Assembly (NCBI GenBank): GCA_965644315.1
Contig: CBFFRQ010000211.1
Coordinates: forward strand, 1 to 55,611
Reading direction: 5' to 3'
Length of the DNA: 55,611 nt
DNA from: Caecitellus pseudoparvulus
Lineage: Eukaryota > Protista > Bigyra: Bicosoecida
Positions within the stretch are counted from its first letter, which is position 1. Each line of letters begins with the position of its first letter. Positions 20,961 to 33,665 of the stretch are shown here, in pieces. The notes under the pieces were generated by a model. The model was given only the letters and a program-made list of their open reading frames with translations, did not search any database and was not told the origin of the DNA. The position numbers and the translations under genes are program-made.

Positions 20961-23900
20961 TCAGTCACTTAATTCACTGGGTTCAACTGGTTTACTGGCA
21001 TCACTTGACATGCTGTCGTCGATAATTGGCAACTCCGTGGGTTTCTCAGCTGATGGCAAAGGTGCAGGTATACAGTCGCCGCCCATCATCGCATGCACCA
21101 GCGGGGAGTCAAGGAAGTTTGCACATTGCTCCAGATATGTCTTGTTTGCATCAATGTTGGTCCTGGTGACGTACAGCATGTGCACCCTCCACTCTGGCTT
21201 GCTAACTCCCTCAACAGGCTCTGCTGTCACTCTCAGCTTCTTGTACTTGCCACCACCACTGGCTTGCTGGCCGCCGGCTTCTTCAGCAGCCCCACCTGCG
21301 CCACTGCCGGACAACTGCTCTGCCCTTATCCGCACATCTGCGTCAATGAGTTGCAGCCAGGAGTTCACAACAGACATGCGCCCGTTTGAGCCCTGTGTAC
21401 CCTCCGCGTCAGAAGCGGGTGCGTTCTTGCTGCCAACTGTGTGCGACATCTTCAGGCTTCCGTCCTCGAGAAGCTCGTGGCGTGACTCCTCTGAGAGCAC
21501 CACTTGTGCAATGTCGCGCAAGCCAGGGGGCACACCTGCAGGAGTGGTCTTCCCTTTCGCGCGGGCGTACAGGTTGGAGGATGTCACTTCCACAAGCACT
21601 GCGTGTTTCACTCCCTCTTTGTCATGATACACCAGCAAAGCGTCCACACCAGGGCTGTTGTCCCATGTCTGGATCACCCAGGACTCGCCTGGCCCTACGT
21701 TGCGCAAGGATGCCACATCATCTGCACGCACCACGGAGCTCTCGAGCATGAGCAGGTTTGGTGGCGCGCCGAGGCTAAAATCCACATCTGTTTCACCTTT
21801 GGACAGCTTGAGCTGCGTTTCCAAACGTCTGACGTGGTACAGTGACGAAGGCGACATCACCTCCATCAGTTCCCGGGTGCTCTGGTTGGTGGGGTACTCA
21901 AACAGCTGCTGTACCTCCTCGTGAACAAACTTCTGGCCCACCCCAAGTGCACGGTGTCCACACGCACCAAGCGCCATGAGCGCTACAACATCACGCTCCA
22001 AGGTGCCTTGATCTGACGGGTAAAGCCCAACCAGGTTCGACAGGTCCCGGCGATCGGGGTCCCCATTGTCTCGGGATGTCAGCACCCACAGCAGGGCGTG
22101 CCTGGCGCTCACGGACGTGAACAGCGCGTTGCCAGCAACAGCTGTGCTTCTCACATTGTTGCGGTACACCATGGAAGCGTTGACCAGTGTGGACAGTTGC
22201 CCCCCCACATGCACTCCCCATGTGGCTGCTGTGATGGTTGGCCACGTGAGCTTCTCCGTTGACACGCCAGTTTCGAGATACTGCCGAAGAACGCGGTTCA
22301 CTAACACTTCTACAACTTCGTTGTAGGCACGAAACAGTGCTTCTTTGTGTCCCATGTGCTTCAGATAGTGCAAGTAGCGCCCGATGGCGCGCGGGATACA
22401 GCCAAGGTACATCAGCGCTTCCTCAAGCTCACGGTCCGTTGGAATTGATGGTGCACCGTCCACCCCAGCGCCTGGCAGTGACAGCTCTGCATCTGCACCA
22501 CTGCGCAGCACAGCCGCCATGATCTTGATTGTGGTTGGCCCCAACTCGTAGAAAACGCGCCACGATTGATCCTTGAGTGTAATTTCCAGGCTGGAGTCAG
22601 GAGAGCTCGCCAGCACTCGCATCGTGCCTTCACTCTGATGTCGGCCCTTCCAATTGCACCAGGCTTCGAGGTTCTCTTTCATGAAACTCTTTTTTCCTTC
22701 GCGCACATTCCGGGACAAATCATTCACTTCGTCCACCACTACAAGACGAAAGCTATTCCCAGGCCCCTCGCCTGCGACGCCAAACAAATCCTCAAGTGCT
22801 TCCAACACTGCCTCTGGAAGTGGCTTGGAAGCACGAAGCAGCGGCAACATGCGTTCATGCAGCACATCGCCACTCAGAGCGTCCCCTGCGCTCGTGCTTA
22901 GTCCCCGCAGCATCGTGTTCCTCTCGTGCCCAAGAAATGCACCGCCATCTCGTACATACAACACGTCAGCCCCAGTGCCCACAGCCGCGATGCTGACCAG
23001 CGCCGCCAGTGTAGTGCTCTTGCCACACCCATGCACACCTGTCAGCATGTACCCTGGGCCCTTTGTCCTCAACGCTTCTGCGCAGTTTGCGAAGAAGGCA
23101 ATCCGCTCTGGCGTCCACACGATACTCAGCGTGCGCAATGGCTGCCTAGGAAGCTGCGCCATCGTGCCATCCAGACGCGGACGAACGGCAGGCAGGTGAA
23201 CGAGGCCTGGTGCGTTCGTCCGAAATGTCAGTGGCAGCAACGAGGGCGCTGCCTCGTCGTCTGCCGCCACGCAGATGCCATACTCTTGCTGAAAGTCTTT
23301 TGGTTCGACAGCTTCGTTGTTCACGGGTTGTAGGAGCCTCGTTGCAAAAGCCACAACCTCTCCGTTCTTGTCAATCACAGGATTCAATCCAGTGATGTCC
23401 ATGGCGTGCTGCGATGCGTCTTCGCTTCCTGCTGCACCACCTGCATCGCCCGTTCGTCCCACGTGCTCCCTCTGCAGTTCAGCCTTGGCTTTCTCAAACC
23501 ATTCCAACACTCCTTTCTCGCCATTCCGCATTGCCTCCCCCAGACCAAGCTTCCAACCCAGCATATGCCGCACCGCCTGACGGTGGCCAGCGTCTGGCAT
23601 GTACTCTTGCCCAGCTGCACTGTCAAGCAGCACTTCCCGCAGTGGCAGCACCGTATTCGAGACACGCGCAGAGGACAGTGCAGAAGCCCATGTGGCCTCT
23701 TCTTCGGCTCTCTTCTTGGCCGCGGCCTCCTCCTCCTCTGCTCTCTTCTTCGAGGCGGCAGCTGTGGCGTCTGCAGCAGCTACAGCACGCTTCATTTCAT
23801 TCGAAAGCAGCCCATACAATAGCCGCTGATTACTTTGTGTTTTCACATTGAACATGCCTTCGAGGGAGCTCTGGTTGATTTCCTTTGCGGGCACGAACAG

Positions 23901-24490
23901 CAGCTTCTCCATGCCCTGCACTATCTCTCGCGCTGCAACCTCCCAAGCCTGCTCATCCAAGTCCCGCAGCAAACCTCGCAGTGCAGGGCAAGCCAGTGCC
24001 AGGGCTGTTGCAGTTTCGGGGAAGGACCCCTGCGTCAAACGCAAAGAAGAGTGGGGCAGTGCTTGCGACGGATCGTTATGTGCAAGCGACACGTAGCACC
24101 TACCCGAGGCAGCTCAGGGGGCAGATACCTCACGGCCTCCTCCAATCCGAGATGACCCAGGGTTGCATGAAGACCTCCAGGCTCACGCACGGCCGGCGTT
24201 TTCATCGCCGTAAGCACAGTGTCAGGCTCAGGCAGAATCGTCGTGCTGCAGAAGCGTGCAGCTCCCACGCCCGGCCACGAGCGCCACGCCCTTGTGGAAG
24301 ACGCGTACTCTCGTCTCGGAACACTGCCCATCATGGCCTCCCAGGCCAGTTCCACAGAGGAGGTGTACTCAACACAAGCAGTGGGCATGAAAACGCTGCC
24401 AGACGAAACGCCACCACGCCAAACAATGGCGGGGGCACCTCTGAGTGCCCTGCCAGCCGTAGCTAGAGCTGAGCGAGAATTCAAGAGCAT
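20961..24490 (-). CDS. Crinkler/RHS-type P-loop NTPase + C-terminal PD-(D/E)XK nuclease-like protein (~1151 aa; exons 24490-24104, 24029-20961)
   Basis: Walker A GVHGCGKST, Walker B LVVVDE, C-terminal NSPGVDALL...VLVEVT; a 74-nt GTAGGT...TTGACGCAG intron (24103-24030) joins the two ORFs in phase 0. Confidence 0.75.
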
Positions 24491-25029
24491 GCTTGAGAAC
24501 GTATGGCAGACCAGTTGTGTTAGGTGCACCGGCGCTCGACGGGAACTTGGAGTTGGTGTTGGCTTGTGCTGACGCCTGCGCCCCAGCACTTCGCAAAACT
24601 TGCACAGCCTTGCGAAGCGCAGGGTTGAGCTTGCCTGTGTCACTTGAGGGCCATGCTAGTTCTTTGTGACACCAAGGTGGTAAGCTTGTTTCTACTGCAA
24701 CGGGGATTGTGTGCAAATGCGAAAACTGTCTCCGTGCCTGGCGCTTGTGAAACGACGACGCTTTCCGCAAGGCGCGCTGATGCCACCTCCACCCCAGCAC
24801 GCACCACACAAATCCTGGCGGTCACACTTGGCCTGAGAGACTCCCCGCCATGTCTAGGTTCTAAAAACTGCCATCAATCTCCGTTCCAGCCCCTCATCCC
24901 TTGCGTACGGCACACCCCCTGACATCTCAAGAGCACTGTGTGAGAGGGACAAGCCTGGCCGGTTGGTGGATTTCACACCCTGGGCTGGCTCATGCGACAC
25001 CAGTGACAACACAGCCCAGCAGCACCACG

Positions 25030-26382
25030 CAGCAAGGCCATAGTGGACGCCTTCAAAACACAGCACGTCGCTCACCGGGTTTGTGTCGAGGGACTTCCCA
25101 ACACCACCTTGAGTTGGCCAGCGTCGGATCTGCGAGGAATGGCGGTCTGTGCACTCATGCCCGCCAGCGAAGGCAGCGTCTCGTCACAGGCAAAGCCGTC
25201 CGAGGAGGCGACGCTGGCGTGTCCCGCCATGTTCTTGGCACGAACACTGGTGAACAAAGTGCTCCCAGGCGTCAGCGCCAGGCCTGTCGCGGCCCATGCC
25301 GTGCGCTGTGCCACGACTGTTCAGGGCATGACGTCATCCAGCCCTGCCGCGCTGCCCAGCGCAACCTCGAACGTTGCGATGCCAGAGGGGTCTGCAAAGG
25401 AGTCCCAGATCGCAGCCGCCTGACTGCAGTCGGCGGAAAAGTCCACATCGCCGCCCAGTCGAGCGCTACCGCGCACGATCCCGGCAGTGGGCCCACTTGT
25501 GACCAAGGGTGCAGGGCGCCCCACTGCTCGGAGTGCCAGGCCTGCTGCGTTGGCCGCCTTGACGCTGCAGGCCAAGAAGCGGCCTTCAGGGAGGGGGTCC
25601 CGCACCCCATCGCTCCCAGGGGTGAAGGTGGCTTGGGCCTCACCTGGTCCCAAGGACACCACACTGGACAGCGGCACGATGGAGCCGGTCCCGCCCGCCG
25701 TCACCTCCACCAGCTCCACTTCAATGCCCACCACTGGTGCCTGGGCGTCCTGCACGCCTGATCGACCCCATGTGACCTGAGCCGCATCGCTCAGCAGGGA
25801 CACTTTGCTGCCAGTGGCATCCAGGAAGTGCACGCTGCCGATGTCTGGCGGGGTGATGTCCACGACGACGGGCTTGGAGAACACTGTGCGCAGGCCAGCC
25901 TTGATGGTGCCAATCACGGACATGAAGTACTTGGTGCCAGTGACCAGGTGCAGGCCACTCCAGGAGGCAGCTGGGCTGGCGAGGGGTGCGGAATACCCCT
26001 TCACCTGCTCTCCGTAAGGCGACGTGCCCAGGGCAGGTGAGTAGGCAACATCGCCCTCTGCGTCCAGGAACGGCGCCCAGGACAGGGCTACGGCGCTGGT
26101 GAAGGGCGCATAGTGCACGCCATCCAGGAGCTGCCCGTCCGTCACTGCAGCTGTGCCGTCGAAGGTCGCCGCTGTCTCGTCTGGGGTGAAGGAGGTGTGC
26201 TCCGCGCCCAGCAGCGCTCCGTCCTCGTCATACGCGACGACTGTCCCGTTGTATTCCGTCCCAGTCAGCAGATCAAGGCCACTGGTGCTGGTCAGTGAGG
26301 CAGAGATCAGAAACGTAAGCGGGAGCGCGGCAGCTCCTAAAGTGCAGGTCCTCGAGAACCATGTTGTTGTTACACACTTCAA
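25030..26382 (-). pseudogene. Fragment of a fibronectin-III-like repeat protein
   Basis: Repeats of W..F.D..SGI..(F/Y)...LG(T/S)...L.L..G..(Y/F).SV.A.N.AG...S....D.TPP; in-frame TGA at 25321-25323 where W is expected, then a frameshift near 25075. Confidence 0.65.
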
Positions 26383-26769
26383 GCCCTCCGTGGATATCTT
26401 GCCTCATGTCCACAGGATTTTGCCGATTTAGCGTGCTGGACATAATCAAATGGAATACGTTCAATTTATCTTGCCAAATACATGCCTGGAGGCCGTGTTA
26501 CTCCCGGCAGAGAGCGCTGCACAGAGCTGGTGTGGCGTTTCGGCTTGCTTCATCACGACAATCCACGAGGCCTGCGATATCTCAACCGTTGGCTGCACCC
26601 CATTGGCTCTGAAAAGCTGAGAGGTTCACAAGATGCAGATGATTGATTAAACATTGAAATATTATGCAAGTCTCTCATACCACCCGGCTAGCCTCGGTGT
26701 CCTGACTGGCCTGTGTGTGGATGAAACCCCCTTCGTCCAGTCGCAGAGCCGGTGGCCCTGCTCCAACCC

Positions 26770-29437
26770 TCAGCGCCTTGCACGCTTGGCACTCGGCGGG
26801 CTGAGACCATGTTGCCTTGCTCGCTTCTCCCGCTGGGCAAACTGCTCTTCTTCTCCCTGCACCATGCTGGCCACTCGCTCGACCTGGCCGACAGTGTCGT
26901 GAGCAGCGGAGGCGATGCGGGACGCCGCTGTGTTGGGGCTGTACTTGGCAATCTTGGCCTCTTGCGTCTCCCTCTCCTCCCTGAGCAGTCGGCGAATGTC
27001 TTCTTCAACCTCTGGCGTGACGGATGAGGTGGCTTTGTGGTACAGGGGCAGGCCAGAGGCCTTGGCTTCCTCGAATGTGGTTGGGACAGGCGCATCCGGC
27101 CGGCTCTGCAAGGCTGCTGTCAGGACACCTCGAGCAAAGCCACCCACATCACCTGTCAGCACAGAGCAAAGCTCCAGAGTAGCCGCAACGTCTTGAGACT
27201 TGCTGTGTGTCTCATCCTGCCGGCATTCATCGCTCGCATACGTGGACAGCAACTTGGTAGCAGTGGCCTGGTTCTTCTCCAGCCAGTACAGCGTGAGGTT
27301 CATCTCGGCGACATCCAGGCGAGTGGATGTGCCTGCTGACACCATGTGCCGCATGCCTGAGTGCAGGCTCTCATTGCCCCCGGTGGTGGTGGCGCCGTGC
27401 ACCGCGTCACGCCCATCCAGCAAGCCTTGAATCCCCACATCGTTCTGCAATGACGCCTTGACCCGAGCGCGAACGGCGGGAAAGGAGGACTTGGGATCCA
27501 GGATGCCGCGTGTGATGCGGCCTTGCACGGCTGTACCTGCGCCACCCCGCAACTGAGGCGCCCACACCTGGCGAAACAGGCTTGCAGTGCGCTCCAGTGC
27601 CGCTGAGGCCTGCTTGTGAGTGCAGGGCCCAATGTGAAGCGGAAGAATGGGCACCCCGCTCGGGTGCAGCCCAGCCTGAGTTGGAGTGAAGTGATCTCCT
27701 CGGTGCCGACGGAGTAGCATGCCTGCTGCAGCGGCACAGGCAGCAGCCAGAGCGAGGGGGCGCGCTTGCGAAGCCTTGCAGCAGCCCCAACTGCACGCCC
27801 TGGGCCGTACAGAGCCCACCCATAGGCTGTGAGGAATTCTTGGACTTTTGTCTTTTGGGGATCTGACAGAGTCTTTCGTCGCAAGATGCGGCGGGCGCAG
27901 TCGATGAAGCCCTGGATGTCGGCATGCTCAGCAGAGTTCAAGGCGGCACGTTGCCGAGCAATGGCTTCCTCTGACAGGAGCAGTTTGGGAGACACTACGC
28001 CCAGTGCAGGCGTCCGGATCCATTCCACTGTGTCAAACCACAGCCTGATGAAGAGTGGGCCATCTTGGTGCATGGCTCGCTTGGGAATGGCCTTGGCCAC
28101 ACGACTGGCAAAGTGCCACGGATCCACGGCGAACCTCACCTCGCCTTTCTGCAGCAGTGGGAAGTGCCGTCGATGATTGCCTGCAGGGCGTGCTGGTGGG
28201 TTCTGAGGTTGTCCACCGTGGTGACGCTGGGGTGGGACGCCGCCGGACCGCGCTCCCGCAGGTGTCCCTTCGGCCTGCACAGCACTAAGCCCAGGACCCG
28301 GGCCAAGTTTGCCGCGCTTTCGTATCCTATGAACATTGGAGGTTGCAGGATAAAACTGTACCGGCCCACAACCGTGGCTATGCAGGGAGCAACTCGCCAC
28401 CGAGTCCTGCGTGTGGCCCGTGTGGCCCGACCTCCGCTGCCCGCACAGGCTCTCTCCTCAGAATCCTCGTTGCTATCACTGTCGCTGTCTTCTTCTCCAT
28501 CCAGCTCATCTTCAGGCGCTTCCTCGCCCAGCTCGTGCCGTGGGCTCACTGGCGCAGCTTTGGCCCTGCGCAGTGCCTGTGGGCCCGCGACGTGCACCTG
28601 GGCCGAAGATGCAAAGGTCCAGTCCACGCTGATGGTGTCAGCGAAGCGTGCTAAGGCCTGCAGGTACCCCTCCAAATGCGGCTTGACAGCGGCATGGTAG
28701 ATGTGCAGAACAGCAGCCCGCAGAGCTTTCACGCTTGTGCTGGATCGCACCCTGCCCACGACGTGCTTTCTGGCTCGGCGCCCGGCTCGGGCCAGTGCGT
28801 GCTGCACCTCAGGGCATTCACCGAGATAGGCGTGCTTTTTGAACAGCGCCTCTCTCCAGGGGTCCACTTTGTGTTCGAAGGGTCGCAGGAGGTCGTGCCA
28901 GAAGTCTGCGTGCAGGTTGGCCATGCCTTCGCGGCGGGACACGACGGAGCACACCAGCAGGCGAAAAATGTATGTGATGGGCAACGTGAAACGCATCAGA
29001 GGGCGAGGTTATACAATCAGCGACATTGGGTGCAGGGTGCGTGTGTGGGTGGCTTCGCTGGCAGGGAGAAGTTGACGCCATGCCGGGCCTGACCATGGCT
29101 AGAACTGCCGCTGTGAGGGTGGAAGTAGCTTGATGAACAGGATTTCACCCAAACTTGCTCCTATGAGAAGTGAGTCCAACGCCCTAGCGGCGATATTCCA
29201 GGCAGTGGTGTGAGGGTGCATCTTGCTCCTGGCGTTCCTTTGCAATGAAGTTGGCTTTCCTTTGGCGTGGCGAGGCAACTCGCTGCTGGAGACTTTGTCA
29301 GCACTGGCTTGGGTCACAGGCAAAGCCTGTTCATGCGTGCTTCTGGCGTATCCCTTCCCTGCATGTGCCCGTCTGCCTGCCCCTGCCACGGCTTCAGACA
29401 CGAGGCCAGACTGGACACACTCTCCGCCTTGGCACAA
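26770..29437 (-). pseudogene. Decayed Mutator-like DDE transposase
   Basis: Ordered motifs ISVDWTF, TTVDN, AVDPWHF (DxxH) and TGGNESLH spread over three frames; in-frame stops at about 29100 and 29010; no TIRs found. Confidence 0.6.
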
Positions 29438-29549
29438 CTCAAACCAAACCTTACCATGGTCGACAGAAATCCATCCTGGAAACCATCATACAAGGACATT
29501 CGCTCGCTATCGGTGTGAGCCTGCCTATCCGTGCACTGTGTCAGGAGGT

Positions 29550-29834
29550 GGTGAGCTGTTGGGCCTGACTGGGGCACGGGCAGTGGATGTTCACGCGAAG
29601 TACATGGTGACACCTGAGGCCGCCTTCCGATGGGCATGCGGAATGGGCCACATAGACATTGTGCGTGAGCTGTTGGCCCTCACTGGTCGCCGAGCCATCC
29701 CAGCTCAAGTTTGGCAAGAAGAAAAGGAGTCCATTGCCCAAGCTGCGCGTGATGCAGTGTGGTCTGGCACCAGCACTCGACTTGGCCGGCGTGCGATGCT
29801 CTTGCTGAGATCTCGCGGAGCGGGGCGAGCGTGA
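29550..29834 (+). pseudogene. 5'-truncated ankyrin-like repeat gene fragment
   Basis: ELLGLTGARAVDVHA...PEAAFRWACGMGHIDIVRELLALTG; same repeat as 45310-45700 at DNA and protein level. Confidence 0.65.
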
Positions 29835-29912
29835 TGCAGGTGTTTTCCACCAGCCACAGCGCCAGCATTGCCCAAGTCTACAACGCATCAAGCTGCAATG
29901 CATTTCGCCACC

Positions 29913-32900
29913 TCAAGCAATGATGACTTGGGCTTCGGGGACCGTGACCATGTCCGACCCAGCTTCGGCAGCTGCTCCCACTGCCACGTACGGCTCCGTC
30001 AGGGCAGCGCCGTCCAGGCAGACTTCAGAGTACACCTCCTTGAAGGGCCTGGCCAGGCGCGCGGCGTGGGCGGGGAAGAGGTCCGAGAAGATCATCTTGG
30101 TGCCCACTGCGAGCATGGTGACGTCCACGTCAGAGGCGGCGATGGGGCCCTTGCCCTCGGGCGCGGTGCCGTCTTCCTCCTCCTGCTTGGTGGTGGTCTC
30201 GATGTAGGCCTTGACGGCATCCATGACCTCCTGCACTGTGCCGGTCGCGGGGATGTTGATCACCATGCGCTCCCACTTGGTGTGGTTGTTGGGGACTGCC
30301 CGGTTGGGCATGCCCATGATGGGGTCCATGTCCAGTGTGCGGGTGAACTTGGGGGGGCCGGGCTCCGCGGCGTAGTAGGAGTTGATGGCGAGGTTGATGT
30401 AGGCGTTGCGCAGGGAGTCCACCTTGCGCTCGGCAGGGGGCAGCAGGGACATCTGGATGGTCTTGTACATCTCGATCATGACCAGGCCAGTGACGGCGCA
30501 GGTGGTGGTGGCGATGGCGGGGATGATCTTGCCGGCGATCATCTTGACCTTGTGGCGCGACGCCTCGGCAATGCGGTAGTTCCAGCCGCGCAGGTTGGCC
30601 GACGCCGTGATGAAGTCGATGTGGTGGTTGGAGTCATCGTCCTTCTCGAAGTCTGCTGCCTGCAGAGCCTTGCTGGCTGCCTCCACCTCTGCGCCGCCCA
30701 CCATGCCTGCCAGCTGCTTGGACAGGGCCTCTGCGACGACGTCATCGTCATCGCCGCCCTCCTTCGTCTCGTCGTCGTCGCCGGCCTGGATGCGCACAGA
30801 CTTGGGCTTCCACTCGGGGATGTCGCAGTCAGCCAGGGTTGCCGCCAGCTGGGCGGGGTCGGCAAAGTCGGCGGGCACGGCAACGCCCCATGCGTAGGCG
30901 AAGAGCGCGGCGGCGTGAGCGATGAAGCTCGCATGCAAGGGGTCGTCCAGGGAGAACTCCGGCACCTGGGGGCAGCGCTTGGGGCCAGACCAGAACTTGG
31001 TGCCCTCCTTGGTCACGTGCTCCGGGGGGAAGTTGTGCAGCAGCTGCTTGATCTGGGCGACGTAGTCCTTGTCAAAGGCCAGGCGGGCGCGGTGCACGCA
31101 GGCCTTCCAGTCTGCGGACTTGACTTCTGCGAGCGTGTCCACGACGCCCTGCAGCTTCTGGCGGCGCACGAAGACGTTGCCCTCCTCGGCGGTGCTGGCG
31201 AGCCACTTCTCGGGGTCGGCCGCGAAGGCGATGGCCTCCTGCACGTTCGTGGCGAAGTAGCCTTGGAAGTTGTCGCGGCTCCACTCGATGCAGTGCTCGA
31301 TCTGGTTGGGGAAGTTCTTGAGCGTGCACATGGGGATGCTGTCCTCAGGCGGGTCCTGGCTGTCAGTGTAGGATTCCGTCAGAGAGGGGAAGATGTGCTG
31401 GGAGTTGGCCTTGGTGCCGAGCGTGCCGGACTCCAGCAGGGGCAGGCCGAACCACACGCAGCGGCCGTCCACGTACCCACGCGCCTTGACGTTGTCCAGG
31501 GCGTTGGTGACGAAGTCCAGCTTGCTCCAGAAGGCGTCGTCGAAGATGTGCTCAGTGTCGGTGCCGACGGGGTCCTCCAGGGCGGTGATGTGCCCCTCCA
31601 GGTCGGGGTTCATCACCTTCACCGCGTTCACGGCAGAGGAGGACTTGGAGTGGCCGACGTCCTTCGTGCGGAAGAGGAATTGCCGGTTCAAGTTGCTGGT
31701 TTCGATGTTGTCCATGTCTGTGACGGTGATCTTGCCGCTGGGGCCGGTGCCCACGCCTGCCAGGGCGAAGTTCTTCAGGAACTCGCAGCCCAGGGCGCCG
31801 GAGCCGACGACGAAGACGTTCTGCCCGCGGATCGTCTCAGTCAGCTTGCTGCCGAAGATGACGTTGGAGAAGTGGTACCGGTCGCCACTGCCTGCAAAGT
31901 CTGCGGGGTCTTCCACCTTGGGCGCGATCTCGAACACGTCCACGTACAGGAAGCCATCCAGGGGCGTGAACTTGCCCGTGAACTTCACCACCTCCTGCGC
32001 CACCAGCCCGCCGTAGAAAGCGTCCAGTGCCGGCAGCTCCACGGCGGCCACTGCCGCCAGCTGCTTGGCGACGTCCTCCACACCCTCCGCTTCGAAGCCA
32101 GCCTTGGTGGCCCAGGCGGTTGCCAGCTCCGCCACCTCGGCGGCGTGGGCGTCGTTGCGGGGGGAGGGCAGGGCGGAGTGTTTGGCGACGAAGGTGTCCA
32201 TGCCGTTGAATGCCGCGTGCAGGGCGCGCGCACGCCCCCACTTGCTCAGGTCCATGTCCACCAGCATGCCGCCGTCTGCGTCAGGGTTGGCGACGGCGTC
32301 GGCCCAGGACTTGAACGCGTGCTGCTTGGGCACCTTGACCTGCTCCACGACGCCGTTGCCGGAGTACAGCCCGTCCAGGCCCTCGGGTGCGTCCTCCAGC
32401 ACGAAGGAGTAGGGCTTGCAGTTCTTCACCTTGCGGGGCACGCCGTCGTTGAGCGCCGTCGCGCCGTCCACCTCCCGGAAGATGACGTGGTCGCCGTCAG
32501 CCAGGCCGTGGCGCTTGGCGTCGTGCGTCTCGATCAGCACGCTGCCGTCTTCCTGCACCAGCACGCCAGCCAGGATGGCACTTCGCACCGGCTCGCCATC
32601 CGCGTCCAGCACGGCGTGAGCAGGGCCGTAGTCCACAAAGGCGCGGCCGGCAAGGCCCCGTACATCTGCTGCGATGAAGCCGATGGCAGGGCTCTGCGCG
32701 CGGCAGTAGGCATTGTACTTCTCCAGGTCAGCCGCGGGCGTGTCGGTGAACACGACGACGTTGAAGCGGCTCAGCACGGCCTCCGTCAACGGCTCGCCCA
32801 GCACCTTCACCTGCACGTAGCTGTTCAACTCGGCCAGCTGTTCGATGCAGGACTCATCTCGGGGCTTGCCCACGGACTCGGGGGTGAAGTAGTACTGCGG

Positions 32901-33424
32901 CGGGGGAGGAAAAGCCAGGGTACAGAACTCGCACGGCAAGCGGCGTTCCCTTCCAGCACGCACGTTGTAGCCCAGGTCCTCGCCTTGGACAGGTGCAGGG
33001 TCGTGGATGATGACTGAGTGTGGCCCAGCGAGAATCAAGTTCTTGGCTGTGCAGGGGGGAGCGGGGGCGCGGCACGTGCAGCTGGTGTGCCACCACGCCG
33101 ATCAGGCGCAAATGCCCTCGCCGGGAGCGGCGCCCGCCGGGACACTCACCGACTTCCACTGCGAGTCCCTTGGCTCCCACGATGAGGACGTCCATCTTGA
33201 TCAGCTTGCCCATCCTGTGCCCACACGTTCAAGGTGTGCTTGGCGTGTCAGCAGTTGGCGTGGTGGGCAGCACGGGACGTGGGAAGCACGCCCCTGCGCT
33301 GCCGCCAGCACGAGCTGGGAACGCACGTTTCCATGCCAAACACGCCAATTTGACGCGAGTACAGGTCTTGGTCGACGCCATCAGCGGCGGCGGCGCCAGT
33401 CCCGGTCGCGGCTGCTGCTGCCAT
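29913..33424 (-). CDS. UBA1: Ubiquitin-activating enzyme E1 (introns 33326-33215, 33149-33047, 32963-32895)
   Basis: LYSRQI, AKNLILAG, GSGALGCE, SNLNRQFLFR, NALDNVKAR, catalytic PMCTLKNFP, FEKDDDSNHH, IAGKIIPAIATTT; three GT-AG introns that preserve frame. Confidence 0.97.
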
Positions 33425-33665
33425 TGTGAGTGCGTAGCAACGTTCTGTGGTGCAGACGCTGGCCACGTTCAGTCGCCAGGGTCCTTCGGTTCGTCAAGCA
33501 GGCACTGCTGCGACATTGGGTGTAAGGTGAAGTTGTGGTGTGTGGATTTTTGGCCCAGCCCCGGGTTTGCTCGGCCCAGGACAGCCTCCCCCCCCGGCGC
33601 AGGCGTGTTTCTGACCCATTCCCAGAGCAATTGCGTCAGGCTTAGACACCGGCACCAGCCCACTG

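Noticed and set aside
25321-25323. In-frame TGA at a Trp position suggesting UGA reassignment
   Set aside because: TGA terminates clear genes here (UBA1 at 29913, Mpv17 at 48557) and the same fragment also has a frameshift; simple nonsense mutation is more likely.
26440-29550. Terminal inverted repeats for the Mutator-like relic
   Set aside because: No convincing inverted match or TSD found between the two flanks, so element limits are not called.
29868-33017. 1049-aa + strand ORF
   Set aside because: Antisense shadow of GC3-rich UBA1; no motifs. The same applies to long antisense ORFs over 14267-17487, 39730-41001 and 51433-52662.
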